Origin: Octopus vulgaris
Lineage: Eukaryota
Direction of reading: 5' to 3'
Assembly: GCA_951406725.2 (NCBI GenBank)
Contig: OX597817.1
Span: forward strand, 88,040,001 to 88,104,000
DNA: 64,000 nt
Shown here: positions 24,622 through 38,015 of the stretch, in pieces
Layout: each line of letters opens with the position of its first letter
Position numbering within the stretch: position 1 is the first letter of the stretch
Position numbers and translations under genes: made by a program
The notes under the pieces: generated by a model
Database searches by the model: none
Seen by the model: only the letters and a program-made list of their open reading frames with translations
What the model was told of the DNA's origin: nothing

Positions 24622-26495
24622 TTTGTCATTTATAACATTTGTGTTTCAGTACAAAAATATTTCCCATCTAAATATCTTGATTTAAAATGCTATGGGGTCT
24701 GTGGGTTGCATATATTCATTTTACAAGTTACAAGTCTATTCAAGCAAAGTCAAAAAACAATCTACTACTGCTACTGCTGCTGCATGATTATATCAGGTGA
24801 TTGATAATTTGCTTTGTACTCAAAATAGAACACTATAAATATAATGCATTTTCTGTTTGAGTATCAACCAATGGAGACAGAACCCTATTAAGTTTCAGGG
24901 ATGGGACAATGGATTTTAGTTGTGCATCTGTATTTCAGGGGATCTAACAAAATAAAATGAAGTAGAATAACTGCAAGTGGGAAGTGAAACTAAGTCACCA
25001 AGAATTTACTTGGACACTCACCAAAATTTAGTAATGAAAATGAAAAATGTAAATGATGAAAATGTTACTTAGTTTTAACATTCCAGAAAAAAAAAATCAT
25101 ATGACAAAAATCTGACACTCCATTTCAGAAGTAGGTGCTTTTTTTTGTTTTATTAAAACTATAATGTTACTACCTATCAACAACATTAAAATGCCCTGGA
25201 AATTATATTAATCAAGACAGCACATTATATACTACAGCCATTTTTTAATATTTTATTAAATAATTGGAATTATTGTCAGGTAATGCCTTTATTGAGTGAT
25301 TTCACAATGGTCACCTATTTATAAAGAAATGATTCTATCTGGTTCATGTTCAAACTGGACAGATCCAGTTTCTCACACCAACCCTTCAATATCATTTTTA
25401 AAATAAAGTCACAACACTGAAATTTCAGAGCCACAAAATAATGCTTGATTAATTCACAACAATGTCAATTAAATAAGCATTACATTTAACAGAACAATAT
25501 GAATGAGGCACAGTAGGAATATTGTGAAAGAATGTGTTCACTAATACTCATATGTCTCATTTAAATTTTTTATTCTTTTGTTGCAGCCTTTAGTTGAAGA
25601 AATTGACCCCAGGACTTATTCTTTGTAAGCCTAGTACTTATTCTATTGGTGTCTTTTGTCAAACTGCTAAGTTACAGGGATATAAACACACAAACATTGG
25701 TTGTCAAGTGATGGTTGGGAGATAAACACAGGCACACACACACAAATATATACATATACATACATACCATCATCATCATCATCATCATCGTTTAATGTCC
25801 ACTTTCCATGCTAGCGTGGGTTGGATGATTTGACTGAGGACTGGCAAACTAGATGGCTACACCAGGCTCCAATCTTGATCTGGCAGAGTTTCTACAGCTG
25901 GATACCCTTCCTAACGCCAACCACTCTGAGAGTGTAGTGGGTGCTTTTGTGTGCCACCAGCACGAGAGCCAGTCAGGCGGTACTAGCAATGGCCACGAAA
26001 AAATCATGTTTTTTTTTACATGTCACCTGCACACCAGCACAAGTGCCAGTAAGGCGACACTGGTAACGATCACGCTCGAATGGTGCTTTTTACATGCCAC
26101 CGGCATATATATATATACAATGCGCTTCTTTCAGTTTTCGTCAACCAAATCCACTCACAAAGTTTTGGTCAGCCCGAGGCTGTCGTAGAAGACAGTTGCC
26201 CAAAGTGCCATGCAGTGGGACTGAACCTGGAACCATGTAGTTGGGAAGCAGGCATCTTACCACATAGCCACAACTGCTAAAAAGTTAAAACATATGCTGT
26301 TATTTCATAAAGTTATTTAACACATTGCCTACCAAGTCCATTTTGCATTAGCAATCTGGTTTTGTTATAAATGAGGTGTTTCTTGTTTGTTGCAATTTTT
26401 TTTAACCATATATATGTTCTAGCTCACTATATAAGCTGCCTCACTAATTTATTAACAGGAATATCACTGGTGACTTCTGCAGTACAGAATAAATA

Positions 26496-27789
26496 CACTG
26501 AACCGCAAAAGAAACGTAATTTTTTCAAATATCACTTTTATATAGTAAATTCTGGAAATTTATTTCGGTGATATGAGTGTAGATATTCCAAGACATGCTG
26601 GTTTATGGCTGAGACCCAAATTGCAGGTAACCTTTCAACTTTCCCTGAAATGAGACACCAAAATGCAGCTGTATTGAATGCCATGGGTGGCAGCTGCAGA
26701 CAATTGTCATGGAAATCAAAATGCAAGTGCATCTCGTGAAGGTTATGGGTATAAAAATCAACTTGAACCGCATTCCTGGCATTCGTAATTTGGATACATT
26801 AGGTATGACTCAATTGTCAGCAGCACAGAAAGAACAAGCTCTTGGCCATTTGTAGGCAAGGCAGCGTGCCCTGGTTGTTGCAAAAGTTTACAATGTCCAT
26901 GTCAGCACCAGCTATTGCCTGCAATAGCAATACAACAACACCAACAGCAATGCAGACCATGCCTGCAGAGGGCGCCCCCAGGTGACCACACTCAGGTAGG
27001 ACCACTTCATTCACCTGCAACATCTCTTATGCTTCAGACCAGACAGCTTGACACCTCACAAGACCATTAGCACTGGACTGTGACCCATCTGTGATGACAT
27101 GGTATGACATTGAGTGGCCACCAACAACCTGTGTTGCTGTCGTCCTGCTTGAGGGCCTGTCCTCACCATCAAGCACAACTACAGTGGGCTACACAGCACT
27201 GACATTGGCGGCATCAACAATGGAGGTCGATAGTCTTCTCTGACAAGTGCCAGTACTGCATTTGCACGTCACTATAGCCACGTGTTCCAACAGGACAATG
27301 CTCCCTCCCACACATGGCCAGGGTCACCATGGACTTCCTGCATCAGCATAACATCAGAACCATGCCGTGGCCGGCTCTCAGCCCAAATTTGAACCCAATT
27401 GAACACGTGTGGGATAAAATCCAGAGATGGCTGAACCAGGTGGACCCAGGGCTGACAACTCATGTGGAACTGGAGACAGCTTTCCTCAGGGTGTGAGCAC
27501 AGATGCCAATGGCTTTTGTGAACCACCTCATGCATTCCATATACCGACAGTGTATGGCCATTTTGAACACCCAGTGAGGGCATGCACGGTATTGAACATG
27601 TTACGCCCTACAATCTCGATGTGCTGGATCCGCCCACTACCAGAACACATGACAATGACCCATAGACTGTGGTCAAAGTGCATCCAAGAAATTGACTTTA
27701 TCAGATTTATCAAAATTTATCTCTGACATAGTGAAATTAAAACATATTTCACAGTCACACACGTCTCACATTTCTTTTGCAGTTCAGTG
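26496..27789 (+). mobile_element. Tc1-family transposon, defective, with TIRs and TA target duplication
   Basis: TA|CACTGAACCGCAAAAGAAACG...CATTTCTTTTGCAGTTCAGTG|TA. Transposase remnants run from the ATG at 26804 to FQQDNAP..WPALSPNLNPIEHVWD, with stops and an internal deletion. Confidence 0.92.
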
Positions 27790-28084
27790 TATTATATTCA
27801 TTCTGTACCATGGGAGTCACTGGTAATACACATGTTAAAATGTCCATCACACCTCCATTTAAAAGGGAGGAAATAAGTGTTATAAGTCCGACAGCTGATG
27901 GATCTCCAAGCCCCAAGAAACAACTGTTGGGCTTATAACACCTTACTTCATACCTCCATTTACTTTTTTTACAAATTATATTTCAGATTATATTATATAA
28001 ACCTTAATGATTTCTTTTTCACAAAAATTATTTTATAGAGGGCAGAGCTCTAATGATGGAGATGACAATGACTTGTACCCTTCT

Positions 28085-28297
28085 AATATTCTTTTCTACT
28101 CTAGGTACAAGACCTGAAGTTTTAGGGGAGGAGGGCTAGTTGATTAGATCAACCCCAGTACACAACTGGTACTTAATTTATCACTCCGAAAGTATGACAG
28201 TCAAAGTTGCCCTCGGAATTTGAACTCAGAACGTAAAGACAGATGAAATACTGCTAAGCATTTCGCCTAGCGTGCTACCGCTTCTGCCAGCTCGCCG
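28085..28297 (-). mobile_element. Second SINE family (others near 6870-7078, 11520-11645, 31505-31713)
   Basis: Minus-strand head GGCGAGCTGGCAGAA..TAGCACG..GAGTTCAAATTCC shared among copies. Confidence 0.75.
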
Positions 28298-29222
28298 TGT
28301 TGCACCCTTCTAATATTGAACCTAATTTCACTTCTTCAGATGAATTCCATATCTCCATAATCAAAAACCATAATCAAAAAAAAAAAATGTGTTCCATACA
28401 TTTCCTAAAATTTCAATAATGTAGTTTGAACCACAGTAATGTGATGCTCAAAAAAATGTAAAAAATCACTATTGGGAATCACCATGATAAATTAAGAATA
28501 TAGCATGGAGAGTCACTGGTGACTCCCATGTTAAATCTCAATAACATTTATAATTATAGAGCAAAATTAATTTAAGAACATATTATTAAGCTGTGTCTAC
28601 CTGAATGTATGAATACAGCCTGTGTCTGAATGAATACAGCCTGTGTCTATCTGAATGTATGCATGAGTATAAAGAGTCACTCACCAACATACTATAACCT
28701 CTAGTCTTTATAATTTTCTTTCTGCTTATTATATTGCACTACATTAACCTATAAACTCACATGTTGTATACACTCAGATTGAACCAAAAACATACACTTC
28801 CTTTTACAAACTCCTACTGTGTTTCATTCATATTACTCTGTTAAATGTAATGTTTATTTATGCACATTGTGATGAATTAATACATACATTATCTCATAGC
28901 TTTGAATGACATGACAGTTTATTTTTAGAATGTCATTGCAAAGTAGGTGTGACAAGCTGGATCTGGCCAGTTTCAACATAAAACAAGTAGGATATTGATC
29001 ATTTCTTTATAAATTGGTGATCATTGTCAAGTCACAGAATAAAGACACTATTTGACAATAATTTCAGTTATTTGATAATGACAAAAATTATATATTTTTA
29101 TATACACAATTATATACACATTAAGAAAAACTGGACCTATAAATTCTTAGCTTCACTGCTACTTAACAGAAGATCATATAAGTTATTTAAATATTCCCGC
29201 AACATAATCAGTAATAACTTAC

Positions 29223-29390
29223 TTGGACAACAACATGTTCCTGTACAGTTTGCCATAAACCTTTACGATATTTTTTATGATTTTCTTGCTGTAATCGTAC
29301 TGTATTTTCAGCATTTATCAACTTTTTACATGCCCGATAATAATTTGTAAGAATTTCATCAAATTCATGATTGCTGTTATTTGATTCTTC
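29223..29390 (-). CDS. EPG5: EPG5 coding exon 3
   Basis: EESNNSNHEFDEILTNYYRACKKLINAE...GLWQTVQEHVVVQ vs human HEFYELLLNYSRCRKQLLLAE...LWQFKEEQMSVQ. TAG/GTAAGT, 168 nt. Confidence 0.95.
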
Positions 29391-31904
29391 CTAAAACAAA
29401 AGAAAAGTTATATTTCTCATAAATGATTAAAATAAAAATATTTAAAAAATTTATTCACAAAACCAATATAAAAGATCAACAAGAGATTATGCAATAAGTT
29501 TGTATTACAGAAATTAGGGTTAGGGTTAGTGTTAGGGCTAGTTGCACATGTACCTGAAATTAAAATGTCTGATTATTATTACAAAGTTATAGAGTTTTCA
29601 TACATTATGTTGAGGGCAAATCAACCAGGATTTAAAAGGTATGAAGTAAGTGAAATGAAAGTGCTCAACTAAGAATCAAACCCATCACACTGACTCTATA
29701 GACACAGACATGGTTGTCTGGTTAAGAAGTTTGTTTCACAACCATGTGGTTTTGAGCTCAATCCCACTGTACTGTACATTGAGCAAGTGTTTTTTTCTAC
29801 TATAGACTGGCCAAATTCTTGTGAATGGATTTGATAAATGGAAACTGAAAGAAGCACATCATGTAACATCATCATCATCGGTTAATGATTATATTCCATG
29901 CTGACATGAGTTGAACTGTTTAGCAAATCCAACAGGTCCAAGTACTGCAGCATCATGTTCCAGTATGCTTTGGTTTGGTTTCAACCGCTGAAGCAGCCGT
30001 AGTGTGTGTGTGTGTGCGTGCGCGCGTGTGTGCGTGCGCGCGTGCGTGCATGTGCATTATGTGCAACAGAAGCAGTATTAGTTTAAAATAGCAATCTGTA
30101 TATCATACTAAATGCAGATACATCATGGAAAGCCAAATTAATTGCAGTATTCATCCTGAGATAATCTTATTGATGCACAGAGTTAAAAAGCAAAAACATG
30201 TCAGCAGCAATAAAAATCACCCAGTAAAAGTAGTGGAAATACTAGATGTACATTTCTGCTTCTTTGGGTTTTGTCAGTCACAAGTATTCACTGATAACCA
30301 CATGCTAAGACAGAATCAACCATCACTGTCATAGAATTATAATACACAGATTGCTGTTTTAAACTAATACTGCTTCAGTTGCATGAAACAAATTTTTATT
30401 TGGCTGGCCTGCTAACTGCAACATCAGTGATTTTTCAATCATTGTTTTTCTATAGCAGTTGACAATGAATTTTGTTTTAGCATTCAAGTGCCAGTGGATA
30501 CTTACTACTGAAAAAGCTCAAAGATGCAAGAAATGTACGTCTAGTAATAACACCACTGCTGCCGGGCAATTTTCATCTGTTACTGACATACTTTTATGCT
30601 TTTAGCAATTAGAGGTATATTATCAAGACAAATGCTACAGGTAATTCCGCTATCTATGGTATACCTGCATCAAGTATGATACAAAGATTGGTGTGTATGC
30701 ATGCATGCACATGTGCATGTGTCTTTGTATCTTGTCTTGACATCATGCAATAGTTGTAAATGTGAGTCATCATCTTACAAGCAGTGTATCTTGTTTTCAA
30801 TGTTTTGTAAAAACATATTACAACAAGGGGAAATATTAACTGGCTTTGGAACAGATGACCTCAGTACACAACTGGTACATATTTAATTTCAGAGGAATAA
30901 AAGGCAAAGTTGACTGCGAAAGGCTTAAATAAAAGAAGCTAAAACAAAATATAGTGCAATCACTTAACAGAGGGAGCTAAAACAAAATACAGTGGAGACA
31001 TCAGATAGAGGGAGTTAAAACAAAATTATAGGATAGACATTTAATAAAGGGGCCTAAAACAAAATATTGTATAGAAATCTGTTGCTCAGTTATTTCTGTC
31101 ATACCATCAACCTTTATTTGTTATTGTTAAAGAGAATAAATAAACAAACAACAGCCTCTCACCTCTAATTTCAGAGTGTATGTCGAAACAATGTCACTCA
31201 CACAGTTACTATCAGCCAATCTGGCACATTTTCAAATGATTTTCTTGATAATAACAAAATACAAACACAATATATATACATATATAATTAGCTTACTTAA
31301 ATATCTTTGGCTTGCTTTATAGCAGGGAAAGTACATTAGATTGTCTGTTGAATAACTGTCAGATAAATAAATAACTTATGAGAAGACATATCAGAAATGC
31401 TGTATAGCACTATAATTGCAATATTGATTATGTTGTTGTTATTGGTGGTGGCAATGGTGATGTTTAACCCCATGGTAACCCAGTTTGGGCAGACCTAATA
31501 TTGGTTACAAATTTTGGCACAAGGCCAGCAATTTCAGTGTAGGGACTAAGTCGATTCGGTCAACCCCAGTGCTCAACTGGTACATATTTTCTCGGCTCTG
31601 AAAGGATGAAAGGCAAAACTGACCCCAGTGGCATTTGAACTCAGAATATAAAATCGGTAAAATGCCATGGAGCATTTTATCCAGCACAGTAATGATTCTG
31701 CCAACACACCGCCTTAAGTAGACCTAATATTGATTATCTTTATTACGAAGTTAATAACCACTTTCCATAGTTTGGACAGTTTGACTGAGGGCTGGCAAGC
31801 CAGAAGACTGCACCAGGCTCCAATCTAATCTGGCAAAGTTTCTACAGCTGGATGCCCTTCCTAACATCAACCACTTCGAGAGTGTAGTGGGTGCTTTACT
31901 AGAG

Positions 31905-32310
31905 GGTAATTCAAATCTCTCTTTAGCATTAATTTCCTCTGATCAAATTCATACTATGGTTGCTGAACCGTTTCCGGAGGAAAACGTAATCTTTCAGCAT
32001 GATAATGCACCAATTCACACAGCTAAAGTTGTTACTGAATGGCATGAGGAACATTCTAGTGAAGTTGAACATCTTATCTGGCCACCACAGTCTCCAGACC
32101 TCAATATTATTGAACATTTATGGTGCATTTTAGAAAAACAAGCAAAGAGTCAATATCTTCCACCATCATCACTACGAAACTGGAGACTGTTTTAGCTGAA
32201 AAATGGACAAAAATTCGTTTGGAAACAATTCAAACTTTGTACGAGTTCATACCTCGTAGAATTCAAGCTGTAATTACTGCCAAAAGCAGTCCTACTCCAT
32301 ATTAAGATAA
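31905..32310 (+). mobile_element. Tc1-family transposase 3' fragment
   Basis: FQHDNAPIHTAK..WPPQSPDLNIIEHLW..PRRIQAVITAKSSPTPY, frameshifted. Confidence 0.9.
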
Positions 32311-32670
32311 ATTTTAATAGTTCCTATCTTCAAACTGGTCATTTAGTTTTGCTTTTGATACTATTTCTTTCTTGAAATCAAATCAATAATTCACTCACCT
32401 ACAAAAATAAATTCTAAGGAAAGACGAGATAAAAAAAAACATCACAGTTGAAAATATGAGGCTAACTTTGTTGAGACATGACACAGCCTCTTTCTTCAAC
32501 AATTCATCTATAGCTCAATAGGTTACAAGGCAATCCATTAGTTAAGTATGATTATACATTAACCAATTAACAACACATAGTAACACAGAAACACAATCAA
32601 TTAAAATGCTCTACAATGGTGGTGGTGATGATGATGAAAAGCAAAATAATATATAAATGAAGGAACTAAC

Positions 32671-33978
32671 CTGTACAAAATTATTAATTAACTCTTCATT
32701 AACTGCAAGTTCATTGTTGTAATAAAGACTTTGCAGCTGTAATCTGGTTAACGGCTGTATACTACGAGCTGCATTTACCTGCCTAGAACCAAACTTTGGG
32801 CTCAAATTTGCTGAAGTAGAGTCTGTCTCAGAGGGTGAAGTTAAATGTTCGTAAGCAACATCCCAACACTGTTCTTCATAAGCTTCTGTTGCAGCCATAA
32901 GTGGCATTCCTTTCCTTTGAACTTCAGCCATTAAAGGAATATTTGACGCTAATTCTTCATCATCTGCATCCAACTGAAGAAGAGCACATTGACCTGGTGA
33001 CTGAGCATCTTGCATTTGGTTATTACATTGCTGGAGATCACTATAAGGTAAACTGTCTTCATCTCTTAGCACAGCTGAACTAGACTCGGGTACAATGGAT
33101 GCTATATTTTGAGAGCTGAGGTCGATATCAATCTCTGACAATCGATTACTGCTATTCTCAAAATCATTCTCTTGTTGAAATGCATTTTGAATAATTACAG
33201 ATTCTTCTAATTTACCAAGATGACAGTGTTCTTCACAGTTGGTATCAGTGTGCATGCTTGATATAAGTGTCCTTGCAGCTAATTCATTAAGGTTACCAGG
33301 TGAACCAATAATGACAGCTGGTTCTCTGGTTGCTGAAGAGGACAAAGATCCAGTTTCTTGATCATTATTTGTTGTTTCAGCTTCTGAAACTGGTCTGTCA
33401 ATACTGGGGATATACTTTTGCTGTTCTTGCAATTCCTCTTGGACATCTGAAACCAAATCTTGATTAACAAAATGTTCTTCAGAAATGCCTTCCATAAAAT
33501 ACTGGCATGGAATATCAGATGAGGACAATGGTACAACTTGTTCTTCATTCTCATCAACTTCCTTGGGATCATCTTCAGAACATGCAGCAGTTAATTCCTG
33601 CTCTATCACAAGTTCTTCATTACCTACATCTAATTGCTGAGTAGAATGACTTGACATGGCCTCAAGTTCTTCTGTAATAGCCTCTGTGAACTGACATTCT
33701 AAATTAGTTTCATTGTCTGCTATAAGTTGACATTCTAAATTAGTTTCATTATCTGCCACAAGTTCTTTATCAACAACTAAAGTTTTGGGTGAGTCAAAAA
33801 ACTGACTGCTGTCTTCATCTTTATCAGGTATTGGTCTGTCATGTAATATTTTAGGTTCATTTGAATCTTCTCCAAGAGACAAAGCACGACTCAGTTCATC
33901 TTTTTCACTATCAGTTCCATATTTACATTCATCAAAGCTACTACTTGTATGTTCTCTTTCCTTCTTCTTCTTCTTCAA
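32671..33978 (-). CDS. EPG5: EPG5 coding exon 2 (436 codons, acidic low-complexity N-terminal region)
   Basis: TTTTTCAG acceptor, 1308-nt open frame, GTTAGT donor. The end, IQPLTRLQLQSLYYN..INNFVQ, aligns by eye with human LVPFTKEQLKILEPG..LEEF. Confidence 0.93.
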
Positions 33979-34124
33979 CTGAAAAATAAATAAAAGGTAA
34001 ATGATAATTACTGTTAGGTTTTAGTTTCAAAACATTTTATCAAAATTATAACCATTTCATCAAACTCATTATAAAACAGAACTTGACTTCTCATAATTTT
34101 AGGACATTATATTTAATTAAGTGA

Positions 34125-34400
34125 AGGCGCATGACCCAGTGGTTAGAGCATTGGGCTCACAATCATGAGGTAGTGAGTTCAATTCCCAGACTGGGTAGTA
34201 GAAATGAGTTGTGATATAACTGATGCCAAGCTGTGTTGGTGTTTGCTTTTCCTTTGGATAACATCAATGATGTGGGGAGGGGAGGCATATATGCATGGGC
34301 AACTACTGATCTTCCACAAACAACCTTGCATGGACTTGTGCTTCAGAGGGGAACTCATGCAACCTCATGGTCATTTAGGACCAAAGGGGGTCTTTACTCT
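34125..34400 (+). mobile_element. Third tRNA-derived SINE (related copy ~36541-36680)
   Basis: GGCGCATGACCCAGTGGTTAGAGC..GAGTTCAATTCCC head followed by a non-tRNA body. Confidence 0.65.
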
Positions 34401-34609
34401 TTTATTTAATTAAGAAATCAGTCTCAAACAAGGAATGATTAACAAAACTCTCTTTGCTGTTGGTATTGGTGTTGGCTTATGTTTTTGCTTTTGTAAAACA
34501 GAAATAAGCATTTAGTCAACTTAATGTTTTGAATCTTCCAAAACAAAAAGGATCCTTTTCTAACCAAAAAAGTTTGAAATATATTTTCTTACTTTTTCAC
34601 TGATCTTAA

Positions 34610-34830
34610 CCCTTTTGTTACCATATTTCTTTTGAGATGCTCTGTGTTTCTTTCAATTAATTTGAAATATAACAAAGAATTTAGTAAAATAACTTGGTTA
34701 TCATTCAGCTAGTGTTAGGAACATAAATTGTGACTAAGATTGGGTGGAAGATTTTAATTCAAAACTTATGAAAACAAGACATTTGTACTCAGAACCAGAG
34801 GCGGTTTCAGCCGGGTTGGTAATGAAAGGG
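34610..34830 (+). mobile_element. piggyBac-type MITE (related copies at 15161-15345, ~22181-22400 and split at 57796-59192)
   Basis: TTAA|CCCTTTTGTTACCA...TGGTAATGAAAGGG|TTAA. Confidence 0.8.
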
Positions 34831-35326
34831 TTAAGGCAATGAGGGAAGCGTCCAATATATTTATTGCTTCAATGCCAATATGAAAGAAAAGGTTTTAGAT
34901 CATACCTCAAAAACCAGCCTAACAAAGTTAGAAAATAGACTCTTACTAACACCATTTTTGCAATTGTGACAAATAAGGTCAACTGCTTGGTGAGATAACT
35001 ATGTTCAAGAAGAGGAGAATATTTATGCTCTGAGAAGCTGTGTACCTACCAGGAGATTTTTACTCAACATTACAAAGAAAATATTAATATATTACACAGC
35101 AGAAAGTTGCATGTCCTTGCAGTGTCTATCGACAGCTCAACAGACTGAGTCATAGAAAATTGTATCTTAAGCTTACTGCCAGCATAATTTATTATTAATT
35201 CAACTTCTACATTGCAGTAATCATGCATGTTTATCACAAAGTATCTATCTGTATCTGGGAACTCTGTCATTATTTTCAAGGCCTACTTTTTGAAAGCTTT
35301 TTGTGTGAGTGTGTGTGAGAGAGAGG

Positions 35327-35391
<65 letters not shown>

Positions 35392-37604
35392 TGATGTTGT
35401 GTTGTGTTGTGTGGTGTTGTGTTTGAAAACTGTTTTTTTTTTTATCTACTGTCAGAGATTATAAATTCAACAACAATGTTGACATAGAAATCACACAACT
35501 ATTTGACCCTATCTATTCAACATATGCATAAGACTATTGAAAAGGTTGCAAGACGGAACAAGAATTTTAGGAAAATAAAAATAAAGAATAAGTGGAAATT
35601 TTACCAGTGAGTGTGTTAAAATATAAGGCACAAAAAGAAAATGACTCTCTCCAGACACAACAGAATATACATAATGAACTTTGCATCTACAAATATTTTT
35701 TTTGCACAAAACACTTAATACTTTTTATCATCTGAAAGGTACTTCAGAACTCTATTTTTATTCATCTGATAAAGTTTATAAATGCAAATAGCTCATAATA
35801 GATACAGGTATGGCTGTGTGGTAAGAAGTTTGCTTTGCAACCATGTGGTTCTGGGTTCAATCCCACTGCATGGGGAAGTGTCTTCTGCTACAGCCTCAGA
35901 TAGACAGAAACTGAAAAAAGCCCATTACACATGCATGTGCATGTGAAAGCATGTAACCTAATAGTCGGGGTGTTGCACTCAAGATCATGGTTTTGATTCC
36001 TAAACTGATGGTGGAGAACACTTCATTCCATGTTGCTCCAGTCTACTCAGATGTAAATGAGTAACCCTGTGACAGACTAGCATTCTGTTTAGAGCAAACA
36101 TCTGTCTGCCTAGATAGTCAGTGACATCATTTAAAAGCTACAAGACAAGGAATCACATTTTGACCAACAATGTGTAACAACATACGATAGTCTGGTTAAT
36201 ACATCAAACTGTCAGACCTTGAGTCACTCTGTTACTTCTACTAAATATCAATAAAAATATATACATATGTATGTATATGCGTGTGTGTTTGTGCATGTGC
36301 AACTGTTACCTTGCCTTGACATTGTGTGATTGTTGAAAACAAATGTCTCCATTGTGCAAGCAGAGTCCTTTATTTCCAATCTGCTGTGAAAATGCATCTG
36401 GTTATGAGAAAGGAAAGGCATCTGGTGTAGGAAATTTGCTTCATCAAGAGAAAAGTCCAACCCATGTAAGAATGGAAAAGTGAAGCTAAAATGATGATGA
36501 TCATTTTTTAAAATTTTGTAGTTTTTATATTTTCTTACATGAAGGCATTTGGTCGGAGGTTAGGGTATTTGGCTCACGATCGTAAGATCATGGGTTCGAT
36601 TCCCTGTTGCACATTGTGTCCTTGAGCAAGACATTTTATTTCACATTGCTCCAGTCCACTCAGCTGGCAAACCCTCATTGCCATAAACCAATGGAAAGCC
36701 AGTTAGTTATAGGTTTTCATCAGTAGAGATTTAAAGATTTCTGAATCCCACTACATCAAAAAAAAACCACAAAACCTCACTTTTCACAAAATCTTCCTTC
36801 TTAAGATTTAAAAGTTGAGTCCATCAAACATATTCCTAAATAAACTAATTTGCTTATAACAACAACAAAATATTTGACTCTGTACTTGAAATAATGTTGA
36901 AAATATATAAAGAGAGCTGACTATATGGTTATCACTTGAAATTTAGAACTCCAGACAAGGTACATTATTCTGTTATTCTACTTAAATCAGCATAACTAGT
37001 TTAGGAAAGATAGCAGAGCTGTCCAATACATGACAGTATTAAGAAACAGATACTAAAATAATTACGACAAAAATACTTGTTTCAGTAAAATGTAATGGAA
37101 TGGTCTAAAATTGAAAACATTTTGATAATACTGACATAAAAAACAAGAAAAATATGTATATTTATGTGGGTGTGTGTAGTGTGCATGTGATTAAGTGTGT
37201 ACATGTATGACCATGAAAGTAAGTGCATTTGCTATATGCATGTGTGTGTGTATGTGTACTCACATGCACATGTATGTAAGTATGCATGTATGCTTGTGTG
37301 TTATAAATGTTATATGATATAGATATCTTCTTGTACAATAACAAATTGAAAACTATACCATAAAAAGAAAATTAGAAAAACAATAATTCAAATCTTAACC
37401 GAATTCATGCATAAAATTTAATTTCATTCTACAATTAATTACAAGATAAATAAATGGTAAAGGGCATAAAACCTTTTATAAGAGTTTCAATTATTGAAAA
37501 GCTAATAATATGAAAAAAATAATATGAAAAAAGTATTTGAAATTAAAAGAAATACTAAATATCCTATAATTTGCTTACTTAAATGTTCTGTCATATAGAA
37601 GACT

Positions 37605-38015
37605 GATTAAATGTCCTTTTGGGGGGACACTATGAATAAAGTCCTTTTGGGGGGCACACTGAATAAACATCTTGTTTGGGGAGACATTATGAATAAAAGT
37701 CATTTTGAGGGGACACTATAAATAAAAGTCCTCTTTTGAGGCAAACTGAATGAATGTCTTGTTTTAGAGCACACTGGATAAAAGGTTAATTTTGGGCACA
37801 CTGAATAAAAGTCCTGTTTTGAACATTTTGAATAAAGTCCTGTTTTGAGGCACACTAAATAAATAACCTGTTTGGGGGGACACTATGAATAACAGTCCTA
37901 TTTTGGGGACATTGAATAGAAGTCCTGTTTGGGGAATACTGAATAAGTTTTGTTTGGGGGAACACTATGAATTAACATTCTCTTTAGGAAAATACTGTGA
38001 ATAAATGTCCTGTTT
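37605..38015. repeat. Degenerate ~26-28-bp minisatellite
   Basis: GAATAAA(A)GTCCTGTTTTGGGGGACACT(AT)-like unit repeated roughly 15 times. Confidence 0.9.

Noticed and set aside
32611-33978. 455-aa ORF as a stand-alone gene
   Set aside because: It is bounded by splice sites and joins the other EPG5 exons in phase.
34125-34197. Additional tRNA genes at SINE heads
   Set aside because: A and B boxes are present, but there is no full cloverleaf and each continues into a SINE body.
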